Of a stretch of DNA of 64,000 nucleotides, positions 40,641 through 54,150 are shown one piece after another; positions within the stretch are counted from its first letter, which is position 1; the number at the start of each line of letters is the position of its first letter. A program made the position numbers and the translations under genes. The DNA comes from Octopus sinensis (lineage: Eukaryota): the NCBI RefSeq assembly GCF_006345805.1, contig NC_043011.1, forward strand, positions 13,714,464 through 13,778,463, given 5' to 3'. Under the pieces are notes generated by a model. The model saw only the letters and a program-made list of their open reading frames with translations, did not search any database and was not told the DNA's origin.

Positions 40641-41117
40641 GAAAAAAACGAAACTCGTCAATACGACATTTTAGCAAAAAATGATGGATTTGTATAGCGA
40701 TAGACAGAACGCTATTAATATTGTTTAAAAAAACGTTATATGATATAACGTCATAAGTAGCTAACAGAAAGAGTAGGGATATTAATAGTGAATGTTAAAT
40801 ATAAAGGAAATTAAAGTTTAAATTATATATAATGATAGAGACTACTTATATGCACTAAATGTATGTTTTTGCCAATGCTTACATCTGTATGCTCGCTCTA
40901 TAACCGTGTTTACTAGAGTATTTTTAGAAAAAATAATGAAAAATAGCTCAGAATTGCGGAGAAGACAGAATTTCCCTTCACAAATACTGATAGGGCACAG
41001 AAAGTGTGTCTATAGCCAGCTGGAGGAGGTATCTTCCTGGGGCTACAAACTACAGTAGCATCCACCCTTAGGGGTTAGCCATATTCAAATGGTAAATATG
41101 CGTCACGATATATATAT

Positions 41118-41179
<62 letters not shown>

Positions 41180-41656
41180 GCACAACGGATTTCCCTCATA
41201 GTTTTCGTCTACCAAATTCACTAACAATGTTGGTCGGTCCAGGACTATGGTAAAAAACGTGTTTGAAAAGCGAGCTTCTTAACTCCATAGTCATGCCTGC
41301 GCCTAAAAGACCTGTTTGAAAGTTAAACGAATGTAATGGGAATTTGTTGAATAAAATGACATCGTTATTTAGGATTGTGAAAGCATTCTATAATAATGGT
41401 GAAATATTGCCAGTGAACCCAGTTTACAAGGGCTTTAGGATTACAAAAAAATGTTTAAAAAAGAGGGAGAGAAAAGGTTAATATACTACTTACAAAACAA
41501 AAGTGTTCAGAGTAATTATATCTTGTTATTTCAGCAAATTATACTTCAAAGCCAGGAAGACTTAATGAACATCTAGACGATATTAGAAACAGATGTTTAT
41601 TTCGACGATAATTAAGATAGGGCTTGTCATCGTCATCGTCGTCGTTGTTCTTGCTG

Positions 41657-41690
<34 letters not shown>

Positions 41691-42369
41691 GGTGGTGGTG
41701 GTAGTGGTGGTTATGATGATGATCATGTATTTTATTTTTGTTATCTGCCCTTTCAATCTCGCCTCGTGCGTACAAGCTGTTCAGTGAAGCAAAGCGAGGC
41801 TTGCAGACGTATCCTCTGTTATCATTGTTTGATGACTTATTAGCTTGTCTCGCTGTAACAAACCGTCGATTGTGTGCGTACGGCTCTCATTGTCATCTCC
41901 CGTTTATTATTGGGATCAGCTATGTTACTCACGGCATCGCCGAATGAGTGTGGCATGTGACTTGACCGTATTAAGGGTCGCTGTTGATAATATATACCCC
42001 TTAAGGACTTCCGAAACACTTGGATTTCCTGTAACAAGTATGAGGGAAGAATATTAAATAATAGAGAAAGTGTGCGATACAGAGGGAAAAAAAATATATA
42101 TTTGCTAGACTACAAGGCTAAAGTTCCTGATCCTATTCGGTGATTACCATTGATGTGGTCAACTTCATAACGAAGCTATTATTCCCGTGCAGAAAGGAGA
42201 AGGTCAATCAGTTTAAGCAGATAATGATTTAATTTCAGCTAAAGCATAAAAACTAATTGAAGATGATCGTAAGACATTCGTCCAAAGCAGCTTTAAGCGA
42301 AGATCGGCCAAATACGATGACAGAGAGAATTGTTGAACGACTTCTTGTTCTTGTTCTACTTGCTGTAGT

Positions 42370-42613
42370 CGTTATTGTTGTTGTTTGCTTCTTCTTCTTC
42401 TTCTTCTTCTTCTTCTTCTTCTTCTTCTTCTCTTCTTCTTCTTCTTCTTCTTCTTCTTCTACTTAACCCCCTCCACTTCCTCCTTCTTAACCTCCTCCTC
42501 ATACTTCCCATCCTTTTCTTCTTCTTCTTCTTCTTCTTCTTCTTCTTCTCTTCTTCTACTTAACCCCCTCCACTTCCTCCTTCTTAACCTCCTCCTCATA
42601 CTTCCCATCTTTT

Positions 42614-42660
<47 letters not shown>

Positions 42661-42799
42661 TTCTTCTACTACTACTACTACTACTACTACTTCTTTTTCT
42701 TCTTCTTTTCTTCTTCTTCTTAACCCCCTCTACCTCCTCCTTCTTAACCTCCTTCTCATACTTCCCATCCTTGTCTTCTTTTCTTTTTCGTCTTCTTTT

Positions 42800-42876
<77 letters not shown>

Positions 42877-43020
42877 CATCATTATTATTATTATTATTAT
42901 TATTATATTATTATTATTATTATTATTATTATCATCATTCATCATATTATTTATATTATTATTATTATATTATATATATTTTATATTATTATTATTATTA
43001 TTATCATTATTATTATATTC
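42370..43020. repeat. Compound (TTC)n/(CTA)n/(TTA)n array with a ~60-bp unit repeated three times
   Basis: CTTAACCCCCTC..CATACTTCCCATC at ~42459, ~42556 and ~42719. Confidence 0.9.
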
Positions 43021-43986
43021 AAGGTTTACGTGTTTTAAAAAATAATGTGACTACGTGATGTTCGTGCTTTTCATAAGGACATTGGCAGCATTGACGAAAT
43101 AATTTCGAGCGGAAATCGAAACAGCAGCGACTTACTTTCGTCGTTCAAAGAATACTATTACCTGCAATCAATATCAATCAAATAAATCGGTAGATAAACT
43201 ACCTGGCAATGTATATATGTGTTCCAGTGTATATATATGCGCTCCGAACCCGCCAAATTCCACTTCTCCTTTTGATTTCCCGACATAGATAAAATAACAC
43301 TAGTTAAGTACTGGAATCAAATGATTTGACTGTTTTCCTCTAAAAAAAAATGTGTGGTTTCCTTCGAGTATTAGAAATCGATAAAATATTTCTAAATAAT
43401 TCGATCCTGACCGGTGACTCGTTCGGTACGATCAAATGCTCTTTATAAATCGTATTTGTAATCTGCTTCATCGATTATCGATCGCAGAAACATGTGTAAC
43501 AGATTAAGTAAACGATGCATTCTTTATACTATGCAGTAGCCCTATTCTAGTCGCATAGCGAACCACTCAGCGGAAGAACATCAGCGTGAATACTATTAAG
43601 AACCGTAGCCAATACGGCAATTTTGTCGTACACCTAGCACAACCGTCTCCACACACACACATATGTGTGTAATAATATAAACAATATATAAATATATGCA
43701 TATATACATACATATATGTACATACCTACATATATATGTATATATACATGCATGTATGGGTACAGGGCATCAAAAAAACGTTGAACACAAGGAGAAATGA
43801 AAACATAAAAGCAAAAACATAGAAACGAACTTTTTTTCGAACAACGAAAAAAACCAAACAAACTGAGAAACGAGACATACAACATAAAGAATATTCCCCT
43901 TCTTCAGTTGTCCCTGTTTCAACTACTCCACGTTTCAAAGAATACATACATACATACATACATACATACATACATACATACATACA

Positions 43987-44017
<31 letters not shown>

Positions 44018-44153
44018 GTATACATATATACATATATATATATGTATAATATGTGTGTATGTATATATGCACGTATGTATAAATACATATGCAGTGTATA
44101 TATATGTATATGTATGTATGCATGTAATTCTATCTATCTACACACACACACAA

Positions 44154-44192
<39 letters not shown>

Positions 44193-44367
44193 TACATAAA
44201 CACACACATAAACACAAACACACACACGTATGTATTGTATCGACTCTGAGCGGATGAAAGGCAAACCTCACGTTGACAGGATTTTAACTCAGAACGCAAA
44301 GAGCCAGAAGAAATGCGACTAAGCATTTGTACAGTTCGCTAAGGATTCTGCCAGCACTCCGCCCGAA

Positions 44368-44408
<41 letters not shown>

Positions 44409-44414
44409 TACTAC

Positions 44415-44622
44415 TACTAAAGGCACAAAGCCCGAAATTTGGTGGGAGGTGACTAGTCAATTACAGCGAGACTAGTGTTTCACTGGTACTTAATTTATCG
44501 ACCTCGAAAGGATGAAAGGCAAAGTCGACCTCGGCGGAATTTGAACTCAGAACGCAGAAGCAGACGAAATACAGTTAAGCATTTCATCCGGCGTGCTATC
44601 GATTCTGCCAGCTCGACACCTT
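44415..44622 (-). mobile_element. SINE family B short-tail variant ending in (TAG)n
   Basis: Reverse-complement match; (TAC)n adjoins the tail. Confidence 0.8.
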
Positions 44623-44630
44623 AGTAATAA

Positions 44631-46700
44631 TAAGGGTTTTAAAACGTGTAAGGGTTTTAAAAAGTGTAAATAAGGGTTTTAAAACGTGTAAATAAAATAA
44701 CAAACAAAATTAAACAAATAAAACTCCTAAGAGAGGGAGGTCCTTTAAGACTACTCGTGGAAAATCCCACAAAAAACACGGATGCCTAACCACCAAAGCA
44801 AGAGCCCTTCTTTTATTTTTCACAGGCGCATACTCAAAATGGGTCATTTCACACTGGCCATTTTGCCGACATTCACCCACCTTTCAAAAAATTTGCAAGA
44901 AGACAACCCTTCCCTCTCCATCCTCACTTTCCTTTTCAAATGAAACTTGAAAAAGCTTATGAGGGTTTGGCCAAAGAGGAAAGTGTCTGTCTTCAGTCCT
45001 TTCAAACGCGTCCGCCAAACTACCTCTTTTGCTGCAGCCACCAGACAAATAAAAATTGCTTGCCCCTCCCGGCCAAAGGAGGGTGGCGGGGAAATTTTCA
45101 TTATAGATTCAGCTGATAGCCAGGTCCGTCCAACACGTGACAGCAGGTGTTGGACATAAACCTACAGGTCACGAATGCTCAGGCACTGGACGAGGGCGTG
45201 CAGAACGGTTTCGTCCCTCTGCGCGCACCTCGGACAGGCTCGGCTGACGGCACTTCCGTGCCTGTAAAGGTTATCCCGAACGGGTAACGTTCCTCTGTAG
45301 CACTGCCAGGCCAGGGATTTCTGGAAGTTATCTATAGCTCCAGGCCCGAAAGTCCTCCGGAATAGACCGGTCAGTTGGTCTTCATCGACGCCCAGCGTTT
45401 CCCCCTTAAACGTCGTCGCACTTTTCCTCCACTAACCCTCTACCACCGATCGCATTGCCCGCCTGGTGGAGGACTGTGAGCGCTTCACGACACTCGGGGT
45501 GCCAAGCACCCCTCCTCGGTTTACGCCCAATCCAGGTTTGCAGCTCAAAGAGACTAGCTGTAGAAGAGCGATTCAGACAAACGGCAAACACACCTGCTCA
45601 CCGTCAAAGAAACACTGGAGATGCCGTAGCCTGAGCGCATGTCTGCGCATCAGCAACCACGGCATGCCCAGGCCCCAATTCAGCAGCTGTTGACAGTAGA
45701 TGGAGCACCTTACCAGCGAGACGCGACCCCTTCACAGAAAGCGGAAGAGTAAGCGAACCAGCCTGTTCAACCAACTTAAGGGGAAAGGGACGACGGTCAA
45801 GCGGTAATAGATGACGGATGCGATGTACGCCATCGCCACCCGTGCTCGATCTTTCAGCGACAGCTTTCTTTCGGCCCATTTCTGGGTGAGATTGGCCACC
45901 CTGTTCGTCACCTCGTCCCAGTTTTTCTCCACTTGGAGGTCTGGACCGAACCAGACCCCAAGCAATTTAACCGGACCGTCTGTCCAGCGCCCCACGATGC
46001 TGTTGGACGGCATGGACTTGCTTTTCCAGGTGCCGAAGTTGCAAGCCCTCTGATTTTTCCGCATCACTGCAAGAATATGAAGCTCCTGTCACCGCTTCAT
46101 ATTCTTGAAGTGTGTCGCCTATCAGGTCTATGTGCTTGTGGCTTGACACTATGACGGCGACATCGTCGACATAAGCAGACACGTTCCTCCCACACCCTAG
46201 GTCACGCGGAATACCGCTCAATGCCTCAAACTTCCGCAGTGGGGGCTCAAGAGTCAGTACATACGGAAGGGAGGAGATAGGGCACCCTTGCCGGACCGAG
46301 CACAAGATGCTGAATGGTTCTTACAGGTGACCATTCACCTGAACAACCGAGGAGATACCGCTGTACAAATCAGCGATCCAACCGCGGATAGCCGCGCTCT
46401 TCATCGACGGACGAGCCGATTGATCCCCCGTCCAGGGTTTCGGTATTTGCTACCGTTGATGCTTGGCTTACTATTGTTGTTGCTGTTCGTGTTTGTGGTA
46501 GTGGTAGCAGTTTCAGTGTCATTCTTTCTCTCCTGTTTTCTTTCTTCTTTCCTCTCTTCCTCCTTCTCTTCTGCAGAAACAACAGTGGTGGTGAGGGCGG
46601 AGAAGTCTTCGTTGAATCGGCTGTTCACCCTCCCGCTCTCACTCTCGTTCAGTCACTAATGTTTTTATTTTTTCTTCGAAAACTTTTCGAAAAAGTGGGT
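44631..46700 (-). mobile_element. Tx1/L1-like LINE, internally deleted
   Basis: SVRQGCPISSLPYVLTLEP, SAYVDDVAV, VKLLGVWFGPD, CPRCAQRDETVLHALVQC, KEVVWRTRLKG; 3' tandem repeats at 44631-44690. Confidence 0.85.
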
Positions 46701-46893
46701 ATTTAAGCCACGTAAAGGGGGCCTTTTTCAACAGAAACTAGCTCCTCAAGCCGACAGTTACCTTGTAACGATAATTTTGCAAGAAAAACAGACGTTCAAC
46801 AATTTTTTCCACAAAACGACAACTGTTCGCGGAATTAAAAAAAAAACACTTCTTTACTCACCGACGACTAAAACAACAACAACAATAATAATA

Positions 46894-47426
<533 letters not shown>

Positions 47427-48087
47427 TTATATAATATATAGTCTATTGATTAATTTTTCTAGACGCTAGGCCACAGGAAGTAAGCATTTCTAAAATCTTT
47501 ATTACCCTGGTACATATATATATATGTTTATATATATATATATAAAATAAAGTGGAGTTCTAGGGTACCGCACGAGTGGAATTATATAGGAAAGAAGGTT
47601 TGAAAATGCAATTTAAAAGATGTTTATTTACTTTACCGGTTTCACTCTTTGGAAAAAGATTGTCAAAAGTAACATGTAGAAGTTTGGTTGCGTTAATTAT
47701 TGGTTGTTACAAATTGCTACATTACATATATACAGTCTTTGGTAACAGGGACATGTTAAGGACATAAAAAAGTTCAACAAGTTCCTTAAAATATTGGGTA
47801 CAAAAGATTACTACATAAATAATCATTCTCAAGGACATGCTTAAGATAATTTCCAGAAGGAATTGATATTGGTACTGGTATTGTATCTGTATATTCAAAT
47901 ATGCACAGAATATTGGTTGACACAGAGTACTACAATCCATATAAATATACATTCTTTGGTGACAAGAACATGTTGAGAATATAACAGAGTTTAACAAGCT
48001 TGTGGGTAGTAAAGAAATATGTATTTTAATATGCTGCCACTTTTGATGAAATATTTTCTGAAAAAATTTTTATCCTATATTAGTAGT

Positions 48088-48123
<36 letters not shown>

Positions 48124-48145
48124 ATATATATATATATATATATTA

Positions 48146-48226
<81 letters not shown>

Positions 48227-48299
48227 ATATATATATACATGTATATATATATATCAATATATATATATATATATATTATATATAATATATATATATATA

Positions 48300-48345
<46 letters not shown>

Positions 48346-48349
<4 letters not shown>

Positions 48350-48546
48350 ATCCAAACATGAAAACACAAAGAGAAAACACAACAACGCGAGGACGTGGAA
48401 CAAGTATAGTATTATTGGACGCTCAGGAAGGAAGGGAAGAAGGAGGGTTTTACGTTTCGAGCGGAGCTCTTCGTCAGAAACATAGGAAAAGGAAAGATCT
48501 AGAGAAGGGAAGACGGAGGAAAAAAAATCGCCAACGGTACACACGC

Positions 48547-48547
<1 letters not shown>
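48346..48547 (-). mobile_element. Family D unit with the best-preserved HHR core (48447-48481)
   Basis: Minus strand GTTT-CTGACGA-A-GAGC-TCC-GCTC-GAA-ACGT-A-AAAC; (TA)n on both sides. Confidence 0.85.
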
Positions 48548-48595
<48 letters not shown>

Positions 48596-49117
48596 ACTCG
48601 ATATTACTGCCGTTTTAATCCCAGGCAGGTCCAGCTAGTCGGGTGTTCACGACTGAGGATGAGCACAACTAGCCCGAAACCATCGTCTGCTAGAGGATAG
48701 TAGGGGTTCGCTCCCCTGCTTGCAATATATATATATATACAAAGTGCAGGTTGCACCGGTAACCAGCTGGCGGAGGATCTGCCTGGGGTTAAAACGGTAG
48801 AAACGTCGAACAGCCATATTGGTGGGGTGATAAACATTTCTTTTCAGTATCGTTACTACTTTCATCTGTTAATAAGACATTATTCCTCCAACCCTATCCT
48901 CTCTATATCTCCGATATCAACCGATATCGACCACATCAATCTCACTAGTCTACAATTTGGGACCCAATGATTATGGTCAATCCTCTTCCTCCTCTGACTA
49001 ATTAACAGGAAACTTAATTCATTTGTTTTCGACTGCATAAGTGACATCATATAATAGCAGTAGGATAGTTTAAATCAGGATTGAAACCGTATCACTTTCT
49101 TTTAATATTTGTTCTAT

Positions 49118-49498
49118 TGGCGCGGGTATGTCTGTGTGGTATGAAGTTTGTTTCCCAACCACGCGGTTTTGGGTTCAGTTCCACTGCGTGGAACCTTGGG
49201 CAAGTGTCTTCTATAAAATTGTTTCAGGCCAACAAAACCTTTTTGTGAGGATGTGGTAGGCAAAAACTGAAAGAAGCCCGTCATATATATCTGTGTCTTT
49301 GTGTTTCTTTTTGCACACATACCCCTTGACAACCGGTGCTGGTGTGTTTACATCCTCGTAATTAGCGGTTCAACAAAAATGATCGATGAAATAAATACCA
49401 GACTTTAAAAATAAAATAAATACTGGGGTCGATTCTTCAAGGCGGTGCTCCAGCTTGGAAATGTCCCAGCATGACTGAAACAAATAAAAGATAAAAGA
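49118..49498 (+). mobile_element. SINE family A, diverged
   Basis: Both halves recognisable. Confidence 0.75.
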
Positions 49499-49523
49499 TA
49501 TCTACAGAGCTCTCCATAAAACT

Positions 49524-49951
49524 GGGGTCTTTTCGGTTTGAACGGCAGTTTTTAACATAATTTCTAGGTAACTAAAACATTTTAAACTTCGTATACTGGT
49601 AGAATGTGTTTATAAAACATATTTTTCTCTTGGCTTTATTGAGAAAATTCTATAGTTTGTAAGATATTTGTTGTTGTTTTTTCTTCAATTTCTGCAATTT
49701 CAACCAATCAATGACGTGTATTGAGGTAAAAAAAACATTCTGTGCCGTATGAATATGTCCCTCGTTTAAGAAACAGATTGGGTTTATTTACATTTGTGAA
49801 GAAAAAAAGATACCCTTTCCCCACCCCTAACCCTAACCCTAACCCAAAAACAGATTGAAATGCAATAGATCGATACTAGGGTCATAATTATGGGTGACAA
49901 TTTCATATGACACCGCTAGAAAAAACTGCTGTTCAAACCGAAAAGATCCTC
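49524..49951. mobile_element. MITE with ~30-bp TIRs, apparent 6-bp TSD and internal (CCCTAA)3
   Basis: TIRs GGGGTCTTTTCGGTTTGAACGGCAGTTTTT / AAAAACTGCTGTTCAAACCGAAAAGATCCTC; AAAACT at 49518-49523 and 49952-49957. Confidence 0.75.
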
Positions 49952-50327
49952 AAAACTGTTATATTAATTGTATATTGTGTTAGCTTATAATATCGTGAGG
50001 GCAGCTTCTTGCAAAAGAACACTGCTAACGTTTTGTGGCAACAAGCTTCTACGTTATTGCTATGATAACAAAACTAATGTTAGCTGTGGTCTTCTCAGAT
50101 GATGTGAGGCGTTAATGTGTAAACTGTTTCCGCTCGAAACTTTATAAACCCAATAAATATTAAAGTTTTGCAAAATACAACAATGGAACATTGTTGAGTG
50201 GAAAAGGGGGCTTTTTATTAACAGATCACGCTTGTCTGTCTACCACTGTTCGTTATTTTATTAGCTCCTTCCTTTAATACCTCTCTTCTTTCCCCATTTT
50301 TTAAATATATTTAATATTCGTTGAACG

Positions 50328-52326
50328 ACGAAATGTTTCAATAAAAAGCGTATGTTCTTTACTTTTTTTTACCTCTCTATATAGATAAAGTGATCCTTGT
50401 GTAATGTTTGTCTAACTAGCCTCTTTGTTCATTATTTCGCATCTTAACAACAAAATTGTCAGTGTATATGGGAACCGCATCAAAACAATAAAACCAGGAA
50501 CAATAATTCGGCCGACAGTGTGTAATTCTCACAAAAATGGTTTCAAGTGGAGTTGGGAAAGTTTGAAACATTTTGGATATATAAATAAGGATAGAGGGGG
50601 AAAATCAGTGACACTAAGCGATGCTTGCCAAGACATTTCTAATGACCGAAGAGACATTTAAATGAAGCAAATTAAGTGGTTTAAGAATAATCCTTTCTAC
50701 TTTAGGCACGAGGTCTGAAATTAGGGAGAGGAGGCAGGTTGATTACATCAACCCCCAGCAATTAACTGATATTTATTTTATCGACCCCAAAGGATGAAAG
50801 GCAAAGTCAACCTGGTTGGAATTTGAACTCGGAACGTTTAGATGGACGAAATGCTGCTAGGAATTTTGCCCGGCGAGGTAGCAATTCCGCCCCCTCACCG
50901 CCTTTAGTAGTTTGATAATAATTAAAGCAACTTTACAAATAACGAACTAAAGACAATTGGCAAGATTCTCCTTTTGTAGTTAATCAAGGGAGAATAGGAC
51001 TAGGACTAGAATCAGCTGAGATTTTTGCCTGTCACTTTACAATTTGGTTTTATAAATACAAAACAAAAAGCTATGATCAATTGAACTGAACGATTGAAAG
51101 GATAGAATGTGAAATAAATAATGAAAAGAATACTGACGAGAGAGAAAATAAATGGAGGAAGGTTTAAGATACTGAGAAAAGATGAAGGATTAACAAAAAA
51201 ATAAATTGATTCAAATTAATTACAATTCACCGAATTTGAAATATTGAACGGTTAGCCTTTTATATTGAAACATGTAAATCTGGTAATTTCGTCATTAAAT
51301 TATGGCTTGATCCTAACAAATTTGTTTATCAATCTGAAGCATTATGAAAATTCCTTTTTCATCGATTTACGAGTAGCTTGCAGTGCATAAACTCGTACTC
51401 TTTATAAAGTGATTCTTCTTATTTTAATAAAATTTTAATAAAATAAAGGGTTTGAATTGTATCAACCTCGGCAGGGTAAAAACAAAATTCAAATATGTCT
51501 AATACTATAAATTATCGATTTCACTTCCTCCGACTTCGTAGTTCAAAGGCAATTAATTGGATACATGCGTATGTGATGATTTGCCAAAAAGATTGTGTTT
51601 TAGATTTCAAACAGAACGTTCGAAATTATTTGAGTCATCGACTTTATTGCGGTAAAAAAAGTAGTTGCTCGCGTTTCTATGGCCTGATAACTTAGGAGCT
51701 GAAATCTTTCCGGGTAGTAGCAAACAGGATTAGAAAGGAAAGTTATGAGCGTAATAAGTTTAGTCACAACAAAGATTAATGTTATAGTTAGGAAACTTCA
51801 TGGCAAAAAGAACCGTGTCTTAACGTTCCGAGTTCAAATTCCGTCGATGTCAACTTTGCCTTTCATCCTTCGGGGTCGATAAAATAAATATCAGTTAATC
51901 GCTGGGGTTGATGTAATCGACCTGCCTCCTCTCCCTAATTTCAGGCCTTGTGCCTAAAGTAGAAAGGATTATTCTTAAACCACTTAATTTGCTTCATTTA
52001 AATGTCTCTTCGGTCATTAGAAATGTCTTGGCAAGCATCGATTAGTGTCACTAATTTTTCCCCTCTATCCTTATTTATATATCCAAAATGTTTCAAACTT
52101 TCCCAACTCCACTTGAAACCATTTTTGTGAGAATTACACACTGTCGGCCGAATTATTGTTCTTGGTTTTATTGTTTTGATGCAGTTCCCATATACACTGA
52201 CAATTTTGTTAAGATGCGAAATAACGAACAAAGAGGTTAGTTAGACAAACATTACACAAGGATCACTTTATCTATATAGAGGGGTAAAAAAGTAAAGAAC
52301 ATACGCGTTTTATTGAAACATTTCGT
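50328..52326. repeat. Inverted duplication with ~510-bp arms (50328-50838 / 51822-52326) and ~980-bp spacer; each arm includes part of a SINE B
   Basis: Arms are highly similar reverse complements; the ORF track gives near-identical 77/78-aa peptides on opposite strands. Confidence 0.9.
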
Positions 52327-52679
52327 TGGAAAACAAAATAGATGCACTGTAGCATCTATGAAAAATAAAAAAATTAATTGTTACCATGATAAAGAAGACA
52401 TTTAAACTAAGATTACACTCACATATTACAACCTTATTTCACATTTAGAACATAGTGAAATATTAAAGTTAGACGATATAAAACATAGGAGGACAATATA
52501 TGTGGATGTTGTATGACTATTGTAACAGGGAAAGAATGTTTTGGAGTAGTGTTATCAATCTGAATGTTGTGGAGGTGGACACAAAGTAGGCAATAAATGT
52601 GAAACCTATTTCCGCGAGAGGTCTAAGTATGGAGTCATCTTAGTTGATGAGTGATGGATAGTAGGTTTTTACAAGGTTC

Positions 52680-53110
52680 GTAGAGTTCCTGCGTGTGGAC
52701 TGTTCGGTTCCTTAGGGTGCTTTACTTGTGTGATGTGTGATGTAGATGCGTCCCCAAAGTCCATCCCCTCCTCACCGTGGTGGGGGCACTGGCAACGGGT
52801 AGTGTCAGAGCTATGCCGTCGGGAACTTCGGTTCCTGGTAGGGCTACCCAAGGCGGATTGGTCTGACACCTAGTATTAGAGCCACAACCCGCCAAAAAGG
52901 GGCTCTAGTGAAAATCCTCGGAGTGTCTGTTTCGGCAACCGGCGACTCCTCGGTCGTTCTGTTCCTGCGTCTGCGGATAATCTACGGCAAACAGGATGTC
53001 TCTACATGCGGGATTGTTGGGGACCGCTTGTGAAATCTATATTCCCACGAAACTTCTTGCCATGGTTCGAGATGCCTTGAGGGTGGTAGAAGAAGCCGAC
53101 TCAACCCGCT
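52680..53110 (-). mobile_element. Possible LTR-retrotransposon integrase relic
   Basis: Frameshifted pieces PWQEVS, DILFAVDY, RIFTR, ILGVRPIR loosely match the rve core. Confidence 0.35.
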
Positions 53111-53689
53111 TCTGTCGCCACAAGTACAAGTAAGTAAGTGAGGTAGATGAAGCGACATGCTTAGATGATTTATTTCGGTCGTCTGTTTGATAGTTTCTGA
53201 TAGATTAGGAATGAAGCACATTCTTTTTATTTGTTTGATTTGTAGTCAGGGCCTGTGCTCGTGGCCTTCGTCTTTGCTCATTTCTTTCAGCCATTTCTTC
53301 AAAACGAAACGTAAAGCATGAAGGTACAAAATCCGTTTAATGAGCCAGGTTGGGTGAACCGCAGCGTGGTACAACAAAGCCACATTTCTGTTTCTGGTTA
53401 ACAGTAGCAGGTATAGGTTGTCTGATTCAGGTCACAGCTGTCTGTGGTTTTCCAGCAGCACATGGCCGAACTGTTCACGAGGAATGACAGACTGAAGACT
53501 CGCTGGTTCTGAAGTAAAAAAAATAAAAGTCACAGTTAGTGTTTTTCGACAGTATCAGTTCAAATGAATCAAAAGACATGGAAAAAAGGGTCACACGAAC
53601 ATCTATAACATTTTGAAGATTACTAATAGCGATCTAGAATTGGCGAGAATCGGCCTGTGACCCAAAGTTACAGAGTGAGGACTGAGCGT

Positions 53690-53825
53690 ACTTATTTTTT
53701 AAAGTCTAATAGTTATTCTATCGCTTTTTTGCCGAACTGCTAAGATGTAGGGAAGTAAACACATCAGCACCGGTGATCAAGTGATGATGGGGGACACACA
53801 CAAATACACACACACACACACACAC

Positions 53826-53865
<40 letters not shown>

Positions 53866-54035
53866 TATATTTTTGCACGATGGGCTTCTTTCAGATTCCG
53901 TCTACCAAATCCACTCACAAGGCTTTGGTCGGCCCGAGACTATAGTAGAAGACACTTTCCCAGGGTGTCACGCAGTGGGACTGAACCCGGAACCATGTGG
54001 TCGGGAAGGAAACTTCTTACCACACAGCCACGCCT
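53690..54035 (-). mobile_element. SINE family A
   Basis: Reverse-complement match with internal (CA)n. Confidence 0.8.
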
Positions 54036-54150
54036 CTATATATACACACACACACACAACACAAACGAGTCCTTGTGTATTGTACAATTTTGTTTTTCTC
54101 CCAATAACAAAAATCAGCACCAAATCCTGTTGTTTAAAACACGCACACAT

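Noticed and set aside
42459-42775. CRISPR-like repeat-spacer array
   Set aside because: Spacers are (TTC)n, there are no cas genes and the context is eukaryotic.
49825-49845. Telomere or chromosome-fusion scar
   Set aside because: Only three units, inside a TIR-bounded MITE.
50425-52231. Duplicated 77/78-aa ORFs as a gene pair
   Set aside because: No recognisable domain; they reflect the inverted duplication.
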